64,000 nt of DNA from Vicugna vicugna. Its lineage: Eukaryota. The DNA lies in the NCBI GenBank assembly GCA_013265495.1, contig MU058213.1:3224001-3288000 (forward strand). The letters run 5' to 3'. The translations under genes and the position numbers were made by a program. The notes beneath the pieces were generated by a model. The model had not been told where the DNA came from, searched no databases, and saw only the letters and a program-made list of their open reading frames with translations. Positions 40,101-50,763 of this stretch are shown here, piece after piece. Position 1 is the stretch's first letter; each line of letters begins with the position of its first letter.

Positions 40101-42812
40101 CATTGGGTTTCATGAAAAGTTTTCTTCCCTTCATTTGCCCTACACATCTTGTCTTGGGAGATACTGCCATCCCTAGCCTCTTTACTCCAGGGGTGCTTCT
40201 AAACTTCCATCACTGAGCTGGAAAAATACAGATGTGACTTCTATACCGCTTTATCAGCTACATGAAACAGAGGAAAAGGGGAAGTTACTAAAATTTGGAA
40301 ACCTCTGAGTTCAGAAGTAGAGGAAAAGCAACTGTGAAAAGTCTCAACAATCTAAAGGAAACTGGGAAGTAGTCTCAAGAACGTATCAGTCAATTTGATC
40401 AGTAAATACTGCTTCCCATGGTGCCTGAAAAGTGGTCACACTGTCTGAAATCTTAGGTACTAAAGATTCATTCTAAATAAAGTCTTTTAAAAAAAGAAAC
40501 TTAATCCCGCTTTCTTCACTGTCTTTGTTCAAATCTTGCTGGAAAACACTTTTCCCTTGAAATCTAGCCAACCACAGCCAACAGAAATGGGAATTCTGAT
40601 TAGAAGAACTATGAAATTTTGAAGTACAGAGCATCCAGGAAGCAAAAAGGCAAGTTGGTTTTATGTAGCATTCCATTGGGGAAGTTTGGGATGGTAAGAG
40701 GGTAAGTGGGAAACACTCACACCAAAGAACTTAACCTTCCTCAATTAAATCAGAAAAAAGGGAAAGACCTCTGCTTCTTTCTCCTTCCTACACTGTTTCC
40801 TTAAAGAAAACTGAGCACTCAGCATGATACTATTGGCTAACTACATGATGGTTGAAATAAGGCTTTATGAGCTTCCTTAAGAATCCAATCATCTTGTACA
40901 GAGTTCTAAACCATTATTTACAAATGAACTTTGGAAATCTGGATGCTTTTAATTAAATTTTTAATTAAAAAAATCTTAAATAGCACAAATGTTCATGCCT
41001 ATGAAACTTCTATACACTGCAAAAAAGAAATTCAAAAACTCTCAAGCTCCCTTTAAAAGTCATTGCTTATATATATTATACAATTACTATAGTACGTTGG
41101 ACAGTAAGTACTAGCACTCAGTTTGTTCAAGACAAACAAATATGAAAGAATGTTAGAAGACTCCTGATACTTGTTTTACCTGGATTATTATAGTCAGCAG
41201 ATTTCATGGTGACCTGCTAACGTTTTTTTTTTTCCTACCACTAGGCAGAGTTAGGAGTCTTAAAAACACACACACACACATAAATCGGATTTCTTTATAT
41301 TGTGTTCATCTATGAAGAGTAACCACTAGTACAAGAAAATCTTCAGTTTTACGTACATAACCTTCTAATTTGGATAACAAGGATCATAATCGCAGTACTC
41401 TAAAATATTTCACACAAAAGGAAAACACGGATCACAAGTCTAATTCTAAGCACTCTATCTGAAGAACAATTTATTTTTCTTTTACAAGCTAATCTGTTTT
41501 AGTATTAGTGAGTCCAGTAGCATCTTGAAGCAAGTGGACCAGGAATTCTCTAGTGAAATGAACAAAGCAAGTTCTGAGAAAGGAACTGACGCTTTAAAAT
41601 TTTCTATCAGTAACCCAGCCTTGATGGGAGAGCCTAGCTATTGATAGTTAGCCATGTTGAACTTTGGCAAAACTTAAGAATGCAGGAGAAACCCCAAGAT
41701 TTCCTGCTTAGTTCTTTGTTGATATGTGTGCATGTGAGAGTAGGCCTTTCAGTGAAGGAAAAGGATTACACTCCCCAAAAAGGTGTAATGCTGCTGGAAG
41801 ATTATTCCACCTGTGTGTATTTCTTTCCCTCACTGAATATTTTTAAATGTTTAGGGCAGCTTGTCATTTGTCTTAAGAAAGCCATACCAATTTGTATAAT
41901 AGCCTTCTCTGAGTCAAATTAGGCAAATATCTGGCCATTCTTATAGCTCATCATTTTCCCTACCCAAAAGCATCCAGATAACTTTTGACTAAGTGTCATG
42001 TAGAGACAAATATAGAACTAGTAAGAAAATTAATTCAAATACATGAAAACATTCATCAGCTATGACTGTAGTCTGCCTATTGTCAGAATCAACCATGGGT
42101 TTTTCTTTTGAATATTTACAGCTTCTTACTTAAGTAAAGTGCTCTGAAGACCTAAATACATGAATTAAAAAATCACTTGTTTCTAGGTTTTTAAAAGCAA
42201 CGACTTGGAAATGGAAAATGAACAAATCATATTATAAGCCAAGTATTTTTAGACTAACTTGGGAGAGGTTATTTCATTCTCACAACCAACTATTAAAACT
42301 GTAAGCAGTAGAGGGCTTAAGAAACTGCACACTCATCTTTAGCAGTGAGCACAACTCAAGTCCTACCACGTGAAGTGTTAACTCCTGAGGACATTGGAAG
42401 GTTCTACTCAGTCTCTAACCAACTGTATTCGGTCATAAAACATCAAGATCTGATGCTAGGACTGGGCATATAGCAGTCAGTGCACCATTTCTAACAAATC
42501 AGCACTCACAAGATTTCAAAAACAACATAACTAGGTCCTTAAGCATTTAGACAATTATGTTAATGAAAGCTACAATGTTAAGCAAAATGTGACCTTCGAG
42601 TATGCTGCTGAACACATCAAATGTCAAGAGTCATCCAAAACTACTGCATTTTAACCTGCTTCAGCTGGTAAAGTTTTCACACAAAGGAGTACCTAGTATT
42701 AGAATTTGTATCATTTCATTTCCTAAAACCATAAAGACACATAGCTTATAACTGTATTTAAAATATTTTGTACTCATCTCTAACTAGTCACAGGCAAATG
42801 GAGAAAACCTTA

Positions 42813-44038
42813 TATTATCTTGTACCATACGAAATTGCTGTTTTGTAGGTCAAAATTAAAACAATGCATTTTAAAAAGTAAGTTTTATTCAATCAAAATA
42901 CACATAATGAGCATTAATACTTTTCTTCTAATAGGATATTAAATATTTCATTCTAAGAAAATTCATCGTTAGGCTCTGTAAATTGTTCAAACTCTCTAAT
43001 TCCTATTTCTCAGCTGGAGAATATATTGTTTCTTAGAAAAATCTCCAAATGATGAAAAAGATGGCAATTCACTAGACAAAGTTCTGGTGACTACGATAGA
43101 CACAAACTTTAATAGCTCAATTCAATGAACTTTGCTTTAGTGGCTTGTGACATGTGAAGTCAAGTGCTGTCATGTCAAAGTGTTGGGTTCATGTTTATTA
43201 ACCAAAGGACATTTAATCAGACTTTTCCTGCATAACTTAAATTTCTTGGCAATATTGCTGCCACTGTCATTTCACCAAGGTTTAAATGGTAGTAATTATC
43301 CCTTCTGCAGATCACCATATGGTCTTCAGAACTTTTTCGGTCACAATGATAATGATGATTCAAGTTTGGGAGCTTCATCAATATCCAATCATTTACGTAA
43401 ATTATTATCAACTGTTATAGAGTATCTTTTTTTTGGTCACAGATTATGATCCACTCCAAAAATGGGTTTCTGCTATTTTGACTCTTAATTCAAGCACCTC
43501 CAACTGTCTCCATTCTTGATCATCTCTCAAGAGGATACTCTCAAGTCCATATTTTACACTTTCCCAGTCACAGCAGAAACTCTTTGTCGATTGGAAGGCC
43601 TCGAATTGTTGTGAGTTAGTGCTCACCTTAGCTCTTCATTGATTTTTGCTTAAAATGGATTTTGAATTCCCCTGAGGCTCATTTTTGAATTCAGATCCCC
43701 AGAACAAGATTTTTTTCAAACCACCACTGAGTGGTTCTTTTGCCAGCAGAGCTCTCTAAGACCAAAGTGATGTTTCTACCTATCTTATTTGCATATGTCC
43801 CAGTTTGAAATGATATTAAGAAAAGTATTCACAATTCTTCTGAGGATACTGTATTATTTATTTCTCTGGAAAACAGTAACAAAACAACTCCATAATCAAA
43901 GAAAATTGAAAACTGAAGAGCAAAATACTTTTATATTTCTAAATAGCACAACTAAAAACATACTTTATGACAACTCTACTAATTGTAGTCAATTTCAACT
44001 GATCTAACATTAGCAATTTCATGTGGTACAGTCCACAA
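42813..44038 (-). mobile_element. Fossil near full-length mariner (Tc1/mariner) DNA transposon
   Basis: Inverted repeats 42821-42840 and 44011-44030 (17/20 identical, MADE2/MARNA-like); ~1.2 kb; decayed transposase inside. Confidence 0.85.
42889..43850 (-). pseudogene. Degenerate mariner transposase
   Basis: Hand translation gives colinear motifs HFKLGH, RTTQWWFEK, NPFLEWIIICD, KILYN, LDIDEAPK, TIW*SAEGII, HDST*LH, *SPELCLVNCHLFHHL and terminal YFD*, with many stops and frameshifts. Confidence 0.85.
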
Positions 44039-44332
44039 GTTAATCAACAAATACTTATTGAATATCTATTATATGTTAACATCTGTCTCATATCTGTACA
44101 GATATCCTGGAAAGACTGACTTGAAAATATGAAAGTCACTAACTTCAAGGACCCTAGTACGGGAGGAATTTGGTGCCATACTCTATTATTTTTTAAAACA
44201 TCCATTAAAATGTATGCTTTCTTCCATGTTTCAGCTACCTATATTCTTTCTGAAAACATGTTAAATGGATCCTTAAATATTTTTTTGAAATAAATGTTTA
44301 ACTTGATATTGCCAAAGTTCAGCACTGAAACA

Positions 44333-44549
44333 CAGTTGACCGTTGAACAACACAGCTGTTAGGGGTGCCAACCCCTCAATGGTCAAAATCTGCCCACAGT
44401 TTTACAGTCAGCCCACCGAATCCATGATTCCCCATCCTCAGATTTAACTAACCATGGATCACATAGTACTATAGTACATGTTTACTGAAAATAATTCACA
44501 GATCAGTGGACCCATGTAGTTCAAACCTGTGTTGTTCAAGGGTCAACTG
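44333..44549. mobile_element. MER8/Tigger2-type MITE
   Basis: 23-bp terminal inverted repeats CAGTTGACC(G/C)TTGAACAACACAG, 22/23 identical; 217 bp. Confidence 0.85.
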
Positions 44550-44889
44550 TTAAACTTTTCAAAGATTCTAACTTTTAGAAGTCAAAACTTGCCTACATTT
44601 GCTATATATTATTTTGAAGCTTCAAGAGGCTTTTTTGTTTATTATTAACAACTAACATTTATTTGTATAATATTTTCTAGTGCACCCTCATATACATTAT
44701 TCTTATTTAAGATAGCAAACAAGGACAACACAGTTTGCACTAGCAATGAAGTGGGATATTAATAAAAACAAAAAGATAAATAATCTTTTTGTGTGTGCAT
44801 TGGAAAAAAATGTGAAACACTAAAATCCTGTGTCACTGAATCTCCGTAACACACAGGGGGAAAAAAACCACTGTAGTTAATGCCCGTGA

Positions 44890-46014
44890 TTAAGCATCAC
44901 TGCCCACTGCAGGTGGACCAAAAGTCTCTCTAGTGCGCATTAACTGAACATCTTTGTCAGCCATACAGGTATCACAGCCCCATACCGCTGATGCTTCTGC
45001 TGTTAGGAGGCCATAAGCTGTTTCAGTCATTCCAGTGCAGATCCGATGAAACCACTTCTGACAAGAGGCTTCACACAGGATAGCATCCTGATCATCATTC
45101 ACTTCATTTGTACAAATTCCACAAGGATACACTGGGTCAGAGGAAGAATGGCCATGACGGCTTGGGTGGAGAGAGGATTTATTGCTTTTCTCAGTGGTGC
45201 ATGTATCTGCAGCACCTCTAGGTTGTCGTGGCTTATTCTGTGTCCCATTTGCATGGCTGTTGTTTGTAGCTTCAGTGCTACTTGAGCGGCTGTTCTCTTG
45301 GTTTACTGCATTGTTTCGATTAACATTTTTTAATTCAATATTACTCTGATTCACTGTGTCATCCATATTTAAGTGAGGTGGATGAGCAGAGGAATTTTGA
45401 TTAGTGTTTTTGGTTGCTCCTTGACTAAAGTCTTGTTTTGGGGGTGGTGCTTTTGCTTGACCAAAAGTGTTTGGGGGAGGAATAAAAGAATGATTAGATT
45501 CTAATGGAGAACTAAAATTTGAATTATTTCCAGGGACAAAGTTAGACGCCAAGTCAGGGTTAGATACTTGGCTTGCATTCTGTGGAGGAATCTGATTGAA
45601 GTTTTCAGCAGGATTTTGTCTAAAATGTTGATTAGGCATGTTAACATTCTGACCTAGTGCATTATTATAAGATGGATTTCCAAAACTTGAATTATCGTGT
45701 GGCCCAAAGTTAAAAGCATGAGGTCGATTAAAACCCATGCCCAAAGGATTCTGAGGAAATGGGTGTGGCTGATTCCTGAGTGAGTAAGGACCACAGTATG
45801 GGGAAGACATTCTTGGAGGAACGTGTGGTGGCATTCTGAATGTGCTATAGCCTCCAAAGCCAGGGTACCCAGGGCCAAGATACGGATTTGAAGAAGGTAG
45901 TGGTTTATAGGAAATAGTATTATAATTGTCATCAAATGGATTAGCAGCTACTAGATGGTCAGAGTTTGGATTCGGTGGCGGAGCATACTCAGACAACGGA
46001 GGAAAAGAAGGCCC
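44890..46014 (-). CDS. PYGO1: PYGO1 last coding exon: NPF motif and C-terminal PHD finger
   Basis: tttcag|GGG CCT; GPSFPPLSEYAPPPNPNSDHLVAANPFDD...CGIC...CEASCQKWFHRIC...CDTC...GSDA*; TAA at 44890-44892. Confidence 0.98.
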   Translation of the reverse strand, partial: GPSFPPLSEYAPPPNPNSDHLVAANPFDDNYNTISYKPLPSSNPYLGPGYPGFGGYSTFRMPPHVPPRMSSPYCGPYSLRNQPHPFPQNPLGMGFNRPHAFNFGPHDNSSFGNPSYNNALGQNVNMPNQHFRQNPAENFNQIPPQNASQVSNPDLASNFVPGNNSNFSSPLESNHSFIPPPNTFGQAKAPPPKQDFSQGATKNTNQNSSAHPPHLNMDDTVNQSNIELKNVNRNNAVNQENSRSSSTEATNNSHANGTQNKPRQPRGAADTCTTEKSNKSSLHPSRHGHSSSDPVYPCGICTNEVNDDQDAILCEASCQKWFHRICTGMTETAYGLLTAEASAVWGCDTCMADKDVQLMRTRETFGPPAVGSDA

Positions 46015-46996
46015 CTGAAATGAGAATGTAAAGTAAAATACATGTTTTTGATCAAATAAGCCATTAAAATGGTCCTGTTAACACTTAGGAGCCTAGCTTT
46101 AGTTAAATTTCTCTTGAAGTGTTACAAAAATTTAATTCATTTAGAAATAAGGTATGCTCTTTTGAGTTCAAATCGATTGTTACAAACTCTAAAAATATTC
46201 AACCCTCAAAAGAAGCTTCATTATAATAATTTTTCATTTAATAAGCTTACCTATAACTCCAGAATCATTCACTTAAAATTTTAACTAAAAATACCTTTTA
46301 CACCTTCAAACAGCCATAAAATTAAATAACAATAAACAGAATCTAATTCTTTTTCCCTAGCTTAACTTTGGGAGTAGCTATTAGGGTATTCCCAAAATAC
46401 TAAGCTCTAGGCCTCAGAATGGAAAAATAAACGGCCAGTTTTAGTCACACTGCAAGTTTAACACATGAAACTTAAAGTAAAGAAAGTAATCTGTACACAC
46501 TTCATACCTATTTTCAGTCTTTATAATAAAAAGAGTACTTCAGATTTATACAGGATAAAACCAAGAAAGTCTGTATTTGTAACTGTTTATTACAACCACA
46601 GGTTACAGACAAAAGATGCCTCCACCATGACTATTTCATGATACGTACATCCTACTGATTTATTGCAATAGCTGAACATCACTCCAGGTTAAATTTGTAT
46701 CCATATATTTTTAAATCTTTTAGCAAAACTACAGGCATCAATTCCTTTTAAATTAGATTTAAGAATAAGCATTTTAATTCATCTGCCTATACTTTCTTCT
46801 CACAATATTCACCCTAGGCCTACGTCAAATAATAGCCACTAGTTGCAGAGTTAAAAACAAAAAACAATCACTGCAGAATTCACTACTAGGTTCTGAATGA
46901 GGACAGGAAACAAAACCCATGACCTAAGTTAAATTCACCTAACAGCCTAAGCATATCAGTGAAGAAAAACTGTTATTAAAGAAAATACCAATTTAC

Positions 46997-47082
46997 CTGT
47001 GTGTTTGTCTTGCGTTTTTTCTTATCTGGGCTTCCTAGTTGTACACCTGGTCCTCCTAACCCATCCAGTCCACTATCACCAC
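46997..47082 (-). CDS. PYGO1: PYGO1 exon 2 (contains the KKKRK NLS)
   Basis: tttag|GT GGT...CAG|gtaaat; 86 nt; (G)GDSGLDGLGGPGVQLGSPDKKKRKTNTQ. Confidence 0.96.
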
Positions 47083-50000
47083 CTAAAAATAAATAAATAA
47101 ATCCAGATAATATTTCTACTTGTAAGGGAAATTTTGTAGCTCTCATAGCAATATCTATTATAGCTACCCATTCATATGCTTTCTATTTTTTTTTTTACTA
47201 GGTAAAAGCAATACTAAGCTTTTATTATCTTTGTTCTTCAAAAAAATCTTCCCCATAATCTCAGCCAGAAACAGTAATTCACCTCTACTCCCATAGCATT
47301 TTTTTATTATTCTTCCAGTGATTAAGCCTCCATCCCACTCCCAAACCTTCAGTCATCCGGTTCTCCGTCCCTGAGGCAACCACTGTTGGTAGCTTCTGGT
47401 CTATCTGTCCAAAGATAATCTAGATAAATCCCAGTATAATATCTTTTCGGAGTACACAAACGATGGCACGCATACCCTGCACAATGGCCTGTACCTTGCT
47501 TTCCTACTTGGAAATCACTCCATTTCATTGTGTATAGTACGAATTAGTAGTTATCTCATAGTATGACTGTGCCATGATTCATTAAAGTAGTCCCTTCCCT
47601 ACTGATGGATATTTTGGTGGTTTATAAACCTTTGCTATTCTGCAATGAAAATCTACATATAAATGTCCTTACATTCATGTACAAGTCATTCCTAGAACTG
47701 GAATTATGGCATCATAGCTATGTGCCTTTTACTTCTTCAAGAGATATTGTCAAAATACAACAATGTATGTGAGTATGATCTTCTCAATAGTGTAGGATCA
47801 GGCAAAAGCAAAAGCTTGACTGTGAATCTAAGAAGTTTTAAAAATTTTATCAGTGGAATTTTTTCCATTTAAAAAACAAAATTTTTATTACAGAGAATTC
47901 TGAACAATAAAGAGAAATCAGCATGCTGGCCATAGTCCCATACATAACAAAATGCAAAGTAGATTTCTGTAAGAGCTATTTAGGAGAAGTTTAAATATTA
48001 TGGAGGTGAAAAACTATGACAAACAATAACAAAATTTTAGTGAGGATTCTGGAAGTTAAATTAATATTTAAACATCAAAAGCTTTCATATATACCAACTA
48101 CAACCAGTTAAAAGATAAAGTGGAACAAAAGCTTTCACTTACAGGAACAAAACTAAACTATAATAGGTAGCAATAAATTTAAGAAATGCACAAGATCAGT
48201 ATGAATAAAAACTTTTTAGAAGCCTTACTTAAAGACGAAGAGGAAGACTTCTAACAGGGGGAAAGGTATTCCCTGTTCTGGCTAGCCATCGAGAACAAAA
48301 TAACATTGTTTTTATTTACCCTGCTGATTATCCCAGACAGCCCTGTTGTACCCTCCTCAGAGACATCAGCACTGGGCGTCTGAGTCTCAGGCCCACAGGG
48401 TCCATCCTCTAACTCCATAGACATTCAGATAACCTAAGCAGCACCCCCTTCTTAGAGACCTGAGTGTAAATGCTAAAGGATCCCTCCTGTGAATTTATAT
48501 ATTTCAATAATTCCTCTTTTCAGTGTCCCACAGCCTCAATAATGGTAGCTGTTTCCCCCAGTTTATACCTCTGTAAAAACTTTAGTATATTATTTTGCCG
48601 GTTTAATATCTGTTAACAGTACTTTATATTGAATTCTGTTAAAAATAACTGGTATGGTTTCTGTGTCCTGACTAGACCCTGACTGATAGATATCTCAAAC
48701 CCACCAGCCAGAAACTATCATTACTACTACGTTAGCATCATTCCAGTCTTCCAGCTTACCTGTCTACTTTTCCTTCTGCATATAAAGAGTGATACTAAAA
48801 TCAATAAAAAATGTTAAAAGAAAGAAAAAAAGAAAAAAAAGAGTGATACTAATACCTTTATAAAAATGGGATTCTATTTTTAAAATAAAAGCAATAAATT
48901 TTAACTTTATTAGAATTTAATGAAGGAAAATGGACTAAGTTAAATGGAAGACTATACTAAATCTTTCTTTACCAAAAGAGAAATTTTTGAAAGAATTCTC
49001 TAAGACTAAGAAAAAACATCAAGAAAAATACGAAGTCGGAGAAGGTATGGTTTTTCTTTCTTCAATCCTATGTAGACTGACTTCCTGTTTTGAAAGTTGA
49101 GGATAGTATGGTATCACATCTCATTCTACTTTTTTCCTCCCTAAATTTAGCAGGGTATTTTCTAATCTCTAGATTCAATTCTTTGTTTCAGGTAAACTTT
49201 CTTTTTTCATATCTTTGAATACTTTTTATGTTCTATTTGTTGAGTGCTGTTTCAGGGATATTATCATTATGCTAGGGAAATTTTTAGCTCCATATCCATT
49301 AGTTAATCCTCTGACCACTCTGTCTTTTTCATCTGCACTTGATCTGTTTATTTAAAGCTTTTCTATTATGTAACTTAATTGTTACCTTTATTCTGCTTCT
49401 TATTTCTAATTTATGCATTTGTTCTACATATATGTTGTTTTAGTCCTCAATTTGTTTCCTTAGGTCTGCAATTTACCCTTCATCTCGTTGTGTGTTATTA
49501 TCATCTTGCCTTTGAGTTCTTGTTTTATTTTATAAAGTACATGTGGGTTATTTCCTTCCGTCTCATAGGTTATGGGTTCTTCATCTTCTGTATGCTGTTT
49601 CTTTTCTTTGTGTTTGTTAGCTCACTAGTTTGCTATAGTGTGTCTGCATAGTTATCATGCTTTTATTTTTATCTTGTAACTTTGCCCAGACATTTTAAGC
49701 TCTGATTTAACATGGATGACTTTGACTCCCTCTTATTCATATCTAAGACTGTTTGTTTGGCATAAGTGATATGCTCCATCTATTGAGATAACCATATGAT
49801 GTTTTTCCTTTACATTGTTTTAATGTTGAACCCAGCCTGATTAACTTGGAATAAACCCAATTTACTAATTTTTATATGAATGCTGTATTTATATGGACAT
49901 GGATATTTTTACATGGATATACAAATATTCTCTTTATAATGCTTGCCTATGTCAGTAAGATTAGCCTGTTGCATTTCCTTGAAACATCCATGCTCTTAAT

Positions 50001-50627
50001 TCTGAGGTTTTGTTAAATGCACATCTACCTAGTTGAGGGGTGCAGTAACCCACTAACATGGGGGGATTCCCTCGTATCCTCTGATTCAGTTGGTATCCCT
50101 GAAGCCTTTTTTCTGTCAGAGTCTTTTAAAAGAAAAACAAAAATTTCCTCTGTGCACTCATTTTTTTCTTATTCAAAGGAGTGAGAAGATAAGACTACTC
50201 ATTTAATTAATTGGCTTTTCTCCAGACTTGGGGTTATTAGTGAGAATTCTCCAAACTTCATACATCATCAACAGCTTCCAAGGGGCAGAGAATGTTTTAG
50301 AAGCCTAAGCCAGTGATTCGCATTTCACTCTCTTCTAGATTTATGTTATTGGGCTGTGCTACTTCTCATTTGGTGCTGCTGCTGAACATTTTTGCTACTT
50401 TTGAAAGACGTTTTGGTTAATTTGACTTGAAATTTAAAAAGAGACTCTGTAAAGTAGCTTTGTTCTACCATCTTATCTTGAAAGTTTGTATCTAACTATA
50501 TCTATGTTCTTTCACTTAATCTTCCTAAACAAACCTGAGGTAGGAAAATCATCCCCATTTTAAAAAAAGAAAGAAAGAAATGGAATTATAAAGGGGTCAT
50601 AACCCTGGTCAGACAAAAGAAGCTATG

Positions 50628-50763
50628 AGAGGGGAGGTTATAGCTCAGGGGTAAAGTGCCTGCTTAGCAGGCACAAAGTCCTGGATTCAATCCCCAGTAC
50701 CTCCATTAAACAAACAAACAAACAAACAAACCTAATTACATCCCACTCTCCCCCCAAAAAACA
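50628..50763 (+). mobile_element. tRNA-derived SINE, same family
   Basis: TATAGCTCAGGGGTAAAG...CCTGGATTCAATCCCCAGTACCTCC followed by (AAAC)n. Confidence 0.85.

Larger units (their letters stand above)
37915..44889 (-). other. PYGO1: Putative long PYGO1 3' UTR
   Basis: Follows the stop codon; AT-rich and poor in recent repeats until ~37.5 kb; minus-strand AATAAA at 37933-37938 near the edge of that block; the end point is inferred. Confidence 0.5.

Noticed and set aside
42889..43850. Domesticated, SETMAR-like coding transposase (third catalytic position reads N)
   Set aside because: Numerous stops and frameshifts rule out protein coding; D-to-N is a single transition compatible with neutral decay
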